From contig JAMPXJ010000009.1 in assembly GCA_023701205.1 (NCBI GenBank), positions 30,008-94,007 on the forward strand: 64,000 bases of DNA. The letters are read 5' to 3'. Positions within the stretch are counted from its first letter, which is position 1. Every line of letters starts with the position of its first letter. Source of the DNA: Oligoflexia bacterium. Its GTDB lineage: Bacteria; Bdellovibrionota; UBA1018. Below, piece after piece: positions 56,519 through 64,000 of the stretch. The position numbers were made by a program, and so were the translations under genes. Under the pieces are notes generated by a model. That model did not search any database. It had not been told where the DNA came from and saw nothing but the letters and a program-made list of their open reading frames with translations.

Positions 56519-57598
56519 TCAGCGCGAACAGGCATCGAGCCGGCAGGCGTCCTGATTCCGAAAGACGGTCCGGATCCTCCCTTGCTCCAACGAGCGCACC
56601 TCGAGAAAACCCGGCCCCGAGCGAACGGTGAAAGGCCGGTCCTCTCCTTCGAGACTTCGGGACACTCCGCTCCATTCCTCGATCAGCGCGCTGGGCGCCG
56701 AAACATAGGACAGCAAGGGAAACACCTTCTGAGTCCCGTTGGCCTTGATGAGGATGCCATGATCGAAGGTTTGCTCGAGCTCGCAGCCTCGGACGGTGCC
56801 GATGGACAGTAGCCGGCGCGCCTCCGCGGGCAGGCTGCAAGGGGAATCCGACGTTTTGGGCAGAAGCGGCGATTCCAGAGTTTCGGGTAGCGACAGCGAC
56901 GGTGCCCCATCCCGGGCAAGAATCAGCTCAGGGTAGGCTGCCATCATCAAGCCCGACTCCGCATGAGGAAGGCCGAAGACATGGCCCAGCTCATGCGCCA
57001 GAACCCGAAGCAGGAGTCCCGTCCGCCTCCAGGGATCCGCGACTTTATTGCTCAACTCCCCGCCAATCCCGTTGGAACCCCGATCCGAAGCCAGGAAGAT
57101 GAACCCCTTTGCCTTGAGGCGCTCTTCATCGTAGGCGGTGCGTACCGCGATGCCGACGTATTTGCGGAAGTCCCCGAGGTAGCGCTTCTGTTCGGCATCG
57201 AGCGCGCCCCAGCCGAAGACAAAGCGGAGCTCCTCGGTGCCGTCGCAAGGTTTCTCCGAAAATTCCTGCGTCCCGATCGCGGCAACCACCGGCAGCGGTG
57301 CCTGATCTCCGAAATACCGCTCCCGCAGGGTACGAAACCCTTTCAGCCAAAAATCGATCGCGTTGGAAACGCCTTCCCGCAACTCGGCTTCGGAAGCGGA
57401 AACCCCCCCGGCATCCCGAACGATGCAGTAGCTCACCCGTCGCGTATTGGAAACAAACCAGGGATTCTGCCCATCCCGAAAATTCTCGCCTCCGCTCGAT
57501 ACCCAGCCGCCCGCCCAGGTCTTTTCGGCCGCAAGCGGCAGGGCCGCCAGCAAGAGTAAAAGGAGCGCGCAAAAAACTCTCTTCAAGGAAGTCCTCAT
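56519..57598 (-). CDS. Secreted metzincin-like zinc metalloprotease
   Basis: Start at MRTSLKRVF (57598; GGAGTGG upstream). Signal peptide. LAHELGHVFGLPH matches HExxHxxGxxH. Confidence 0.7.
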   Translation of the reverse strand: MRTSLKRVFCALLLLLLAALPLAAEKTWAGGWVSSGGENFRDGQNPWFVSNTRRVSYCIVRDAGGVSASEAELREGVSNAIDFWLKGFRTLRERYFGDQAPLPVVAAIGTQEFSEKPCDGTEELRFVFGWGALDAEQKRYLGDFRKYVGIAVRTAYDEERLKAKGFIFLASDRGSNGIGGELSNKVADPWRRTGLLLRVLAHELGHVFGLPHAESGLMMAAYPELILARDGAPSLSLPETLESPLLPKTSDSPCSLPAEARRLLSIGTVRGCELEQTFDHGILIKANGTQKVFPLLSYVSAPSALIEEWSGVSRSLEGEDRPFTVRSGPGFLEVRSLEQGRIRTVFRNQDACRLDACSR

Positions 57599-58062
57599 GG
57601 AGCCACTCCTGAGGCTTCGCATAAGGGATATCGCTCTTCCCCTCTTTGTTCTTTCCACTGGAGCGCAACCTCGAACTTACCCGAAATCCCATCCCGCCAG
57701 GCCTCTCGCGGACTGACCAAAATGAAAGATTCGCTCACATCGAGGTGCTCACAAAGATGTTGCCGGACGCGCTGGGAACCGCGGAGGCTCTCGCCCTGGG
57801 GAATGCACTCGTAACCCGAATCGATTTCGACCCCACTCCAGGTAACCACCGCCCGAAGACCCTCGCGCTCGCCAAGAACCAGGAAACGCGTGTCCTTGTC
57901 CAGAAAGCACTCCAGCTTGAACGCCGAGGCAGCAATCGTGGACCTGATGCCTTCGTCCGGCTCCATCGTGCCGGAGGCATAGCCACGATGCACCAGGGCC
58001 AAGGCTCCGATCAAACTGGCCGCGACGACAATTCCTCTGAAAATACGGGATCGATGTGCCAT
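57595..58062 (-). CDS. Hypothetical exported protein (155 aa)
   Basis: Signal-like IVVAASLIGALALV. The stop overlaps the start of the metzincin gene by 4 nt. Confidence 0.45.
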   Translation of the reverse strand: MAHRSRIFRGIVVAASLIGALALVHRGYASGTMEPDEGIRSTIAASAFKLECFLDKDTRFLVLGEREGLRAVVTWSGVEIDSGYECIPQGESLRGSQRVRQHLCEHLDVSESFILVSPREAWRDGISGKFEVALQWKEQRGEERYPLCEASGVAP

Positions 58063-58154
58063 GCGGCTTTTCTATTGCGAAACCCCGTACTAGCCAACTG
58101 AAAAAGCGGAACGTTCCGCGCAAGCCGGGCCAGGATCCTCTACCCGCCTGGCCC

Positions 58155-59279
58155 TCAGAAGCGGCGCATCGCAAACCGCTCGGAGAGGAATTTCACGACC
58201 GCGGAATTCCGGTCGAGGCCCATGGCGCCCACGCCATCCCGCTCGGAAAAGGAGATCGAGACCGCGCCCAGACCGCCAGAAACCACGGCCTTGCGATCCG
58301 CTTTGCTCGTGACCAGCTCGTCCGGGAAGAAGTCAAAGGTACCGTTCATCGCATTCTTCGTGAAGCTGTCCAGGATCCCGGAGAGGAAGCGGGCCTCCGG
58401 CACGACCGAAGCGCTCACCTCGGGGATCGTGAGATGAGCCTGGATACCCTTGAAGCCATGGACCTTGAGCACGGCATCGCCATCGGCGTCGGGCTCGATC
58501 GCGATGTTGAGCTTGACCCGCGGCTCGAGCTCGATGCTCTGAAAATCCCAGTAAGGAGAGCTCTTGAATCGCTCCGCGAGCTCCCGTACCTTTTCCGAGC
58601 GCGACTGCGGGCCCGGGCCCAACTCCCGCAGGCCCGGCCTGAGACCTGGAAGGAGCTCCTCCGCGGCATTGCCGGAGCTTTCACAAGGGGCTCCCGCCTG
58701 CGCTCCCGGGTTGCGAAGCAGCTCGTGCGCTCGCGCCAGCTGCTCGAAAACGGGCTGCTTGGAGAGCGGGAAATAAATGCGGTCCTTCTCGCAGCTCGCG
58801 TCGTCCATGCGGCTCAGCTTGCAATGCTGGGGCTTGAGGGTGAAGTCCACCTCGAACGTCTGCGCGCCCGTTCTCCTGATATCCACATGATCGAGAACCT
58901 TCAGGAGCTGCTGGGGATCGATCGAGGCGCCGCCGAACTCCGAGACCATGAGCGGCAGCCGGCTGAAGCTCACGCCGAGGGCGGACTCCAGCTTGCCGAG
59001 ATCGCGGGCGGAAACGCGAATGGTCCGGATCCGATCCGGAAACGGCCACTTGAGCGAGGAAAACGGAACCGCACGCCGGCTCTGGCCGAGTTTCTCATAG
59101 GTTCTCAATCTCTCGCGGCTCAGCTCCCCGAAATCGTCGTCCTCCTGAAGCAGCTCGAGCGCCTGCGCTCCGGAAATCATCGAAGGATCTTTCGAGGATT
59201 CCTTCGATTCGGCCCAGGCGGCCGCGGGAACGAAACTGATCAGCATCAGGAACGCGATTCCAGACTCAAAGCGCATCAT
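58155..59279 (-). CDS. Hypothetical exported protein
   Basis: Start at MMRFESGIAFLMLISFVPAAAWA (59279). No recognisable domain. Confidence 0.5.
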   Translation of the reverse strand: MMRFESGIAFLMLISFVPAAAWAESKESSKDPSMISGAQALELLQEDDDFGELSRERLRTYEKLGQSRRAVPFSSLKWPFPDRIRTIRVSARDLGKLESALGVSFSRLPLMVSEFGGASIDPQQLLKVLDHVDIRRTGAQTFEVDFTLKPQHCKLSRMDDASCEKDRIYFPLSKQPVFEQLARAHELLRNPGAQAGAPCESSGNAAEELLPGLRPGLRELGPGPQSRSEKVRELAERFKSSPYWDFQSIELEPRVKLNIAIEPDADGDAVLKVHGFKGIQAHLTIPEVSASVVPEARFLSGILDSFTKNAMNGTFDFFPDELVTSKADRKAVVSGGLGAVSISFSERDGVGAMGLDRNSAVVKFLSERFAMRRF

Positions 59280-59491
59280 GCGGGGAATAGTTGCAAGGCC
59301 TGCGCCTCCCCGCTTCGAAAAGTGTCCTCGAACTTCCGGCCTTTTCCGGTCGCGGAGGCCCTGAACGCTGTCGAAACCTTCGACAGCCAGCGGAGCGCTG
59401 AGCGGTTTCCTGGCGTCGATCCGGGCACTCCGCTCGACAGACGACGTTTTCAATGGGAGAATCGATTTCACCCGGTCTGAAAGAGAGCGCC

Positions 59492-60181
59492 ATGCGTAAG
59501 ATCACGCTACTCCCCATTCTGATCTCAATATTCACCTTCCTGCTGGTGCCGGCTTCCTTGAGTCTTGCGCTCGCCAAGGCCACGTTTGACCTGCTCCCGG
59601 TCTCGGGCTTTCGGGAGCTCCCAAGCCTCCTGATCGCGCTGATCGCGTTTTTCGCCCTAGTGTTTCTGGAGTACCGGGCGTTCCTCGCTTTCTTCCCGAT
59701 CCCCGAGGGCGAAATCGCGCCGGGCTCCCGGGCGGAGTTCCGCTGGATGGTTTATGTCGCGGTTTCTCTTTTCCTCTTCCGTCCGCTCATGCATTCCGAT
59801 CTCATCCCGACCCCGTTGACCCGCGTCTTCTATCTCGCCTTGGGTGCACGTGCGGGAAAAGGAAGCTACTTCGCCGGCGTCCTCAGCGACCCGCAGTTCA
59901 CTCGGGTGGGATCCGAAACCTACACCGGATTGCGCTCCGTCCTGATCTCTCATGTCATGGAAGGAAATCGACTGGCCCACTACCCGATCGAGCTCGGGGA
60001 CCGGGTCACGATCGGAGCGGGTGCGATCGTGCTTCCGGGAGTCAGGATCGGCGATGACGCGATCGTCGCGGCGCTTTCGGTGGTTCCTAAAAACACCGTG
60101 ATCGGCCCGGGAGAGATCTGGGGCGGAAACCCCGCGCGGCTTCTCAGGAGCGCCCCGGTATCGCCCCTGCCGCCTCGCTAA
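59492..60181 (+). CDS. Membrane-anchored hexapeptide-repeat (left-handed beta-helix) acyltransferase-like protein
   Basis: Several N-terminal TM segments. C-terminal IELGDRVTIGAGAIVLPGVRIGDDAIVAALSVV. Overlaps the hisS 3' end by 38 nt. Confidence 0.6.
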   Translation: MRKITLLPILISIFTFLLVPASLSLALAKATFDLLPVSGFRELPSLLIALIAFFALVFLEYRAFLAFFPIPEGEIAPGSRAEFRWMVYVAVSLFLFRPLMHSDLIPTPLTRVFYLALGARAGKGSYFAGVLSDPQFTRVGSETYTGLRSVLISHVMEGNRLAHYPIELGDRVTIGAGAIVLPGVRIGDDAIVAALSVVPKNTVIGPGEIWGGNPARLLRSAPVSPLPPR

Positions 60182-61430
60182 GCGGATGCAGCAGCTGCTC
60201 TCCCGTCGCGAGATTCTTGACGATGACCTTGCCTTCAGCCAGCTCGCGCTCGCCCAGCAGCACGGCGAAGCGCGCCCCGTGTTTTGAAGCCTGCTTGAGC
60301 TGCGCCCCGAAGCCATCGGCCGTGAGCGGCGTCATCACGTTGAGTCCGCGCTCACGACACGCGCGCGCGATCCCTTCCGCAGTGGCCCGCAGCTCCAGGC
60401 GCGGCAAGCCGACGAAAACATCGATCGTCCCTTCGAGCTTGGGAAGGAGTCCATGGATCTCCAGGAAATTCCGGAGCGTCACGTCGCCCATCCCCAAGCC
60501 CACGCCGGGGAGCCGCTCCTTGCCGAAGAGGCCGACGAGATTGTCGTAACGACCGCCGCCGAACATGGCCCGGCGATTTTCGGGCGAGACGTCGTACATC
60601 TCGAAGACGGTCCCGGTGTAATAATCCAAGCCCCGCATCACGGTCGGGTCATAAACCACGGCCTCGCCCACGCCCGACTCGGCCATGAGGCGGAAGAGCG
60701 TCCTGAGCTCCTCGACGCCCGCGCACGGGTATTTCTCCGCGGTCTTTTCGAAGGGCGCGTGGAAGAACTCTTCCATTTGCCCCTGCTGTTCGGGCGTGAT
60801 GCCCAGATCAGTGAGCCACTGGCGGTAGGCTTCCTCCCCGATCTTCGCGCGCGCATCGATGGCCTTGGTCGCCTTCAGCACGTTTTCGGGAGATAGCCCC
60901 AGGACGGTTCCGAAGAAATGATCCATGAGCCGCCGGTTGTTGAGCTTGATCGAAACATGCTCTTCGCCCTTGAAGGCGCGCATCAAGTCATAGGAGAGCG
61001 AAAGGATCTCGGCGTCCGCGAGCAGCGGATCGCCACCCAGCACATCGACGTTGAGCTGCCAGAACTCGCGCAGCCGCCCGCGCTGGGGCCGCTCGTAACG
61101 CCAGAAGTTCGGGATGCAGTACCAGCGCACCGGCCGCGGCAGCTCATGCACCTTGCCCGCCACCATGCGCGCGAGCGTCGGGGTCATCTCCGGGCGGATG
61201 GCGAGCTTGCGTTCCCCGCGGTCGATGAGCCAGTAAAGCTGCTGATTGACGATCTCCTCGCCCGTCTTGGCCGCGTAAAGCTCGAAAGGCTCGATCATCG
61301 GGCCGTCGTATTCCTGGTAGCCGTAGCGCTCGACCACCTCGCGCATGCGGGCGAACATCCAGTTCTGGATGCGCTTGTCCTCGGGGTAGAAATCACGGGT
61401 GCCTTTGTAAGGCTGGGTACTGAGCGCCAT
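60144..61430 (-). CDS. hisS: Histidine--tRNA ligase
   Basis: KGTRDFYP, LAIRPEMT, RYERPQRGRLREFWQ and GGGRYD. Confidence 0.92.
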   Translation of the reverse strand: MALSTQPYKGTRDFYPEDKRIQNWMFARMREVVERYGYQEYDGPMIEPFELYAAKTGEEIVNQQLYWLIDRGERKLAIRPEMTPTLARMVAGKVHELPRPVRWYCIPNFWRYERPQRGRLREFWQLNVDVLGGDPLLADAEILSLSYDLMRAFKGEEHVSIKLNNRRLMDHFFGTVLGLSPENVLKATKAIDARAKIGEEAYRQWLTDLGITPEQQGQMEEFFHAPFEKTAEKYPCAGVEELRTLFRLMAESGVGEAVVYDPTVMRGLDYYTGTVFEMYDVSPENRRAMFGGGRYDNLVGLFGKERLPGVGLGMGDVTLRNFLEIHGLLPKLEGTIDVFVGLPRLELRATAEGIARACRERGLNVMTPLTADGFGAQLKQASKHGARFAVLLGERELAEGKVIVKNLATGEQLLHPLSEAAGAIPGRS

Positions 61431-61491
61431 AGGCCTCACCATAGTCGATTACCGGACAAAATAAAACGGCACCCTGGGGACTCGCGGCGCG

Positions 61492-63252
61492 TCAGAGCTG
61501 ATCATACATCAGCTGCTGGCCGATATCGGCCAGGTCGCCTTCGGGAAGCTGGAGTGGTTCCGTGATCCGGGCCGCCTGGCCGATCTCCTGCGTGAAGATC
61601 TTCGACAGCCCCTGGGCAGTCTCGCGATCGCGAATCGGCTCGATGATCTCCCCTTCATACCGGAAGGAACGAGGATGAAGGTTGTGGCTTCCGACCCAGG
61701 CGTAGGAGCCGTCGACCACCATCAACTTGCTGTGGAGGGTATCCCCCTTTTTGAGATAGACCTCGATGCCTTTCGCGGCGAGGCGATTCACGCTCTTGAG
61801 GATGGGGATGCTGATGGCCGGCTCGTCGATGCTCTCGGCCGAGTTCGTGAAAACGCGCACCTTCACTCCGCGGGCCTTGGCGCGCAGGAGCGCCCGATAC
61901 AAAGCCGGGTCGAGGATGAAATACGCGTTGGCGATATCGATCGAATCGCGCGCCGCCTCGATCGCGAGCAGCGTCGCGCGCTGGATGTTCTCGTCCCGTC
62001 CCGGCACATGGTTCACGACCGAGATCCGCGCGCCGCCCTTCGCCGCCGGTCCGGGCACGGGTGCGGACTCGGCGATCTCGTGCACCTCGAAACCGTCGAG
62101 CAGCCGCTTTCCGTCCGTCGCCGGCGCGCGGGCGCGCACCTGATCGTTCCAGATTTCCGCGAAAAGCCGGTTGGAATCGGCCGAAGCGCTCCCCCGGATG
62201 TGGATCTCGCTATCGGTCCATTTGGGTGCGTCCGCCGGGCCGGTATGGAAGTAAGGATCGCCTGGATTGCGCCCGCCGGTGATCGATTCGATGCCGTCCA
62301 CGATCATGACCTTGCGATGCTGGCCATCGTACCGCCGCAGCGGATCCGTGCTGCGCCAACGGACCACCTCGACGCCGTTTTCGGCCATCTCCTTGAGAAT
62401 GGCCGAATGATCCCCTTTCATCGCGATCTGGCCGTCGACGATCACGCGCACCTTCACGCCCTGCTTCGCCTTGGCGATGAGCTCGCGACCGATGAGCCTC
62501 CCGCCCTCGTCGTCATAGAAGGCCCAGGTCATGAAGTTGATCTCCGACTTCGCGCCGCGGATCAGCTCGAGCCGGCGCGCAAGCGCCGCGGGTGCGTCCG
62601 CGAGCAGCTTCACCGTATTGCCGGAGGTGAACGTGGCGCCGGTCTCCCGTTCATAGGCTTTCAGGAACTCGGGATCATCGAAAAGATCCCGCTTTCCCTT
62701 GAAAGGCGCCATCACCTTGTCGACGTCGCGGTTGAGGCGATGCGAGAGCGCGACCCAGTCCTCGTAATGCGCGCCCTTGCCCGCCTGGGTGAGGCCCCGG
62801 GCCGAAAGCTCGGCGTCGATCGCGCCGGCGAGCTGCACCACCATTTCATCGACTTTTTCGGGAGGGACTTCCGCGGGGAGTTTTCCCGCTTTCCGCGCGA
62901 GCCCGGCGGCCGTCTTGAGAAGCCCGGGCAGCTCGCCCGAATCCTGGAGCACGACTCCAAGCTCCAGGACCGTTTTCTGCGCCTCGGGCTCCCGCAAGAA
63001 GAGCGTCCCGCCGCTTTGATAACCCGCGAAGAGCGCGGATACGCGCGCCTTGAGGCCGGGATTCTTCTTGAGAATCCTCGAGAGCCGCAGCGCGGTGCCG
63101 AGCTCGCCGGAGCTCGCCAGATGCTGCAGCAGCGCGAAGCCGCTCGGGCAGGGCGGCGCCGCGGCCGGCCCTTCCGCCAGGACCGGAATGGTCCAAAGCA
63201 GAAACGAAGCGACGAGGAAGCGGAGCGGCCTTTTGTTAAGGGGCTTGACCAT
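61492..63252 (-). CDS. Exported phospholipase D / cardiolipin-synthase-family protein with two HKD motifs and a roughly 200-aa N-terminal extension
   Basis: HRKVMIVDGIESITGGRN and HSKLMVVDGSYAWVGSHN. Signal peptide. Confidence 0.85.
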   Translation of the reverse strand: MVKPLNKRPLRFLVASFLLWTIPVLAEGPAAAPPCPSGFALLQHLASSGELGTALRLSRILKKNPGLKARVSALFAGYQSGGTLFLREPEAQKTVLELGVVLQDSGELPGLLKTAAGLARKAGKLPAEVPPEKVDEMVVQLAGAIDAELSARGLTQAGKGAHYEDWVALSHRLNRDVDKVMAPFKGKRDLFDDPEFLKAYERETGATFTSGNTVKLLADAPAALARRLELIRGAKSEINFMTWAFYDDEGGRLIGRELIAKAKQGVKVRVIVDGQIAMKGDHSAILKEMAENGVEVVRWRSTDPLRRYDGQHRKVMIVDGIESITGGRNPGDPYFHTGPADAPKWTDSEIHIRGSASADSNRLFAEIWNDQVRARAPATDGKRLLDGFEVHEIAESAPVPGPAAKGGARISVVNHVPGRDENIQRATLLAIEAARDSIDIANAYFILDPALYRALLRAKARGVKVRVFTNSAESIDEPAISIPILKSVNRLAAKGIEVYLKKGDTLHSKLMVVDGSYAWVGSHNLHPRSFRYEGEIIEPIRDRETAQGLSKIFTQEIGQAARITEPLQLPEGDLADIGQQLMYDQL

Positions 63253-63305
63253 AAGGTCGAGTTTCGCACCTTATGACGCAGCCCTCAACCAAAAGGTGGG
63301 CCCGA

Positions 63306-63827
63306 CTATCGGCAGTAGGCGTCGAGCGCGTGCATGAGCAGCGGCGCGGCCGGCGCGGCGAGAACCTTCTCGGTCTTGGCGCCATCCGCCACTTCGTAAA
63401 GAGCGAAGGTCAGCTCTTCGCCTTTTTTCGCGCCGAGAACCGTGGCGGAATAGCTCACTGTCTGGAACGCCCGGAAAAGGCGCTCGCGCTTCTGGAGCTT
63501 CGCGTCTTTCGTCTGGCGGACCAGCTCCTGAAGCTGGGCGACCTGGAACTCGAAAACAAGCGGCAGCGTGGACTCGAGCACCGGTCCCACGGGCTCCGTC
63601 TTCTTGCCCTCGTGCCGCAGGAGCTCCGTGCGCGTGAAGACGTTTCCGTCTTCGCGCAACGCGCACTCGAACTTCTTCAGGACATGATCACCCTCGTAGT
63701 CGCCCGAGACGAGCGACACCTCGGATTTCGCAAGCAGCGTTCGCGGCGTCGGGGCCGCTTCGGCAAAGGCGAGCGGAGGAAGGATCAGGCCAAGTCCCAG
63801 GACGAACGTCGAAAGTTTCTTTTTCAT
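63306..63827 (-). CDS. Hypothetical exported protein (173 aa)
   Basis: Signal peptide MKKKLSTFVLGLGLILPPLAFA. No recognisable domain. Confidence 0.5.
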   Translation of the reverse strand: MKKKLSTFVLGLGLILPPLAFAEAAPTPRTLLAKSEVSLVSGDYEGDHVLKKFECALREDGNVFTRTELLRHEGKKTEPVGPVLESTLPLVFEFQVAQLQELVRQTKDAKLQKRERLFRAFQTVSYSATVLGAKKGEELTFALYEVADGAKTEKVLAAPAAPLLMHALDAYCR

Positions 63828-64000
63828 TTTTCGAATTCCTTTCTGGCTTTCGGAATAGCGGCGGCGCCCTCGGCAGGCAATCGGACAAACCGATTGCCTG
63901 AGCTGGGGTACCTCGGCCGTACCGCCAGTTCCCAGACCGGGAACTCTTCTGAGGAACCAATATCAACCCCGGGGGCCTGGTTTTTCCGTTTTCCTTGGAA

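Noticed and set aside
1-64000. CRISPR arrays, rRNA genes, IS elements/transposases, integrases, prophage structural genes.
   Set aside because: I looked for regularly spaced direct repeats, rRNA-like conserved stretches, DDE/tyrosine-recombinase motifs and terminal inverted repeats, and found none I could support.

Overview
High-G+C bacterial chromosomal segment, densely coding on both strands, with about 60 supportable protein genes and one tRNA-Val(CAC). No rRNA, CRISPR array, transposase or integrase was recognised. Most of the window is core or housekeeping: TamB C-terminus, ArsR regulator, HAD-IG 5'-nucleotidase, PLP Cys/Met-metabolism enzyme, TolC-like plus RND efflux, UvrD/PcrA helicase, CcdA-thioredoxin fusion, OsmC, response regulators plus PilZ, NfeD, YceI, MFS, DedA, PepN, PAS histidine kinase, PiT plus DUF47, dUTPase, EVE, GMC oxidoreductase, HisS, PLD-family enzyme. 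Many predicted exported proteins of unknown function are mixed in. A TIGR02147-like gene and the abundance of secreted hydrolases weakly suggest a Bdellovibrionota/Oligoflexia-like lineage; this is inference only. The stand-out region is about 27.15-37.47 kb. It starts immediately 3' of tRNA-Val, looks lower in G+C by eye (not computed), and carries tRNA-end repeat scars, a decayed XRE/nucleotidyltransferase-like pair and a secreted HExxH protease. It also holds the best candidate for an undescribed system. That candidate is an operon of signal-peptide-bearing proteins (VTC/triphosphate-tunnel domain protein, CotH-like kinase, PPP-type metallophosphoesterase) transcribed divergently from two tandem paralogous exported helical proteins with CHAD-like His/Arg motifs. 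Together they would form a possible extracytoplasmic polyphosphate or phospho-transfer module. Secondary items are listed below.
- A large orphan membrane-anchored protein (15.4-18.0 kb).
- A four-gene envelope operon whose first and last exported products carry CxxCH motifs (43.2-46.6 kb).
- A TolC-RND pair with no adaptor gene.
- Several repeat and regulatory oddities.
All family assignments come from motif reading by eye; no searches were run.
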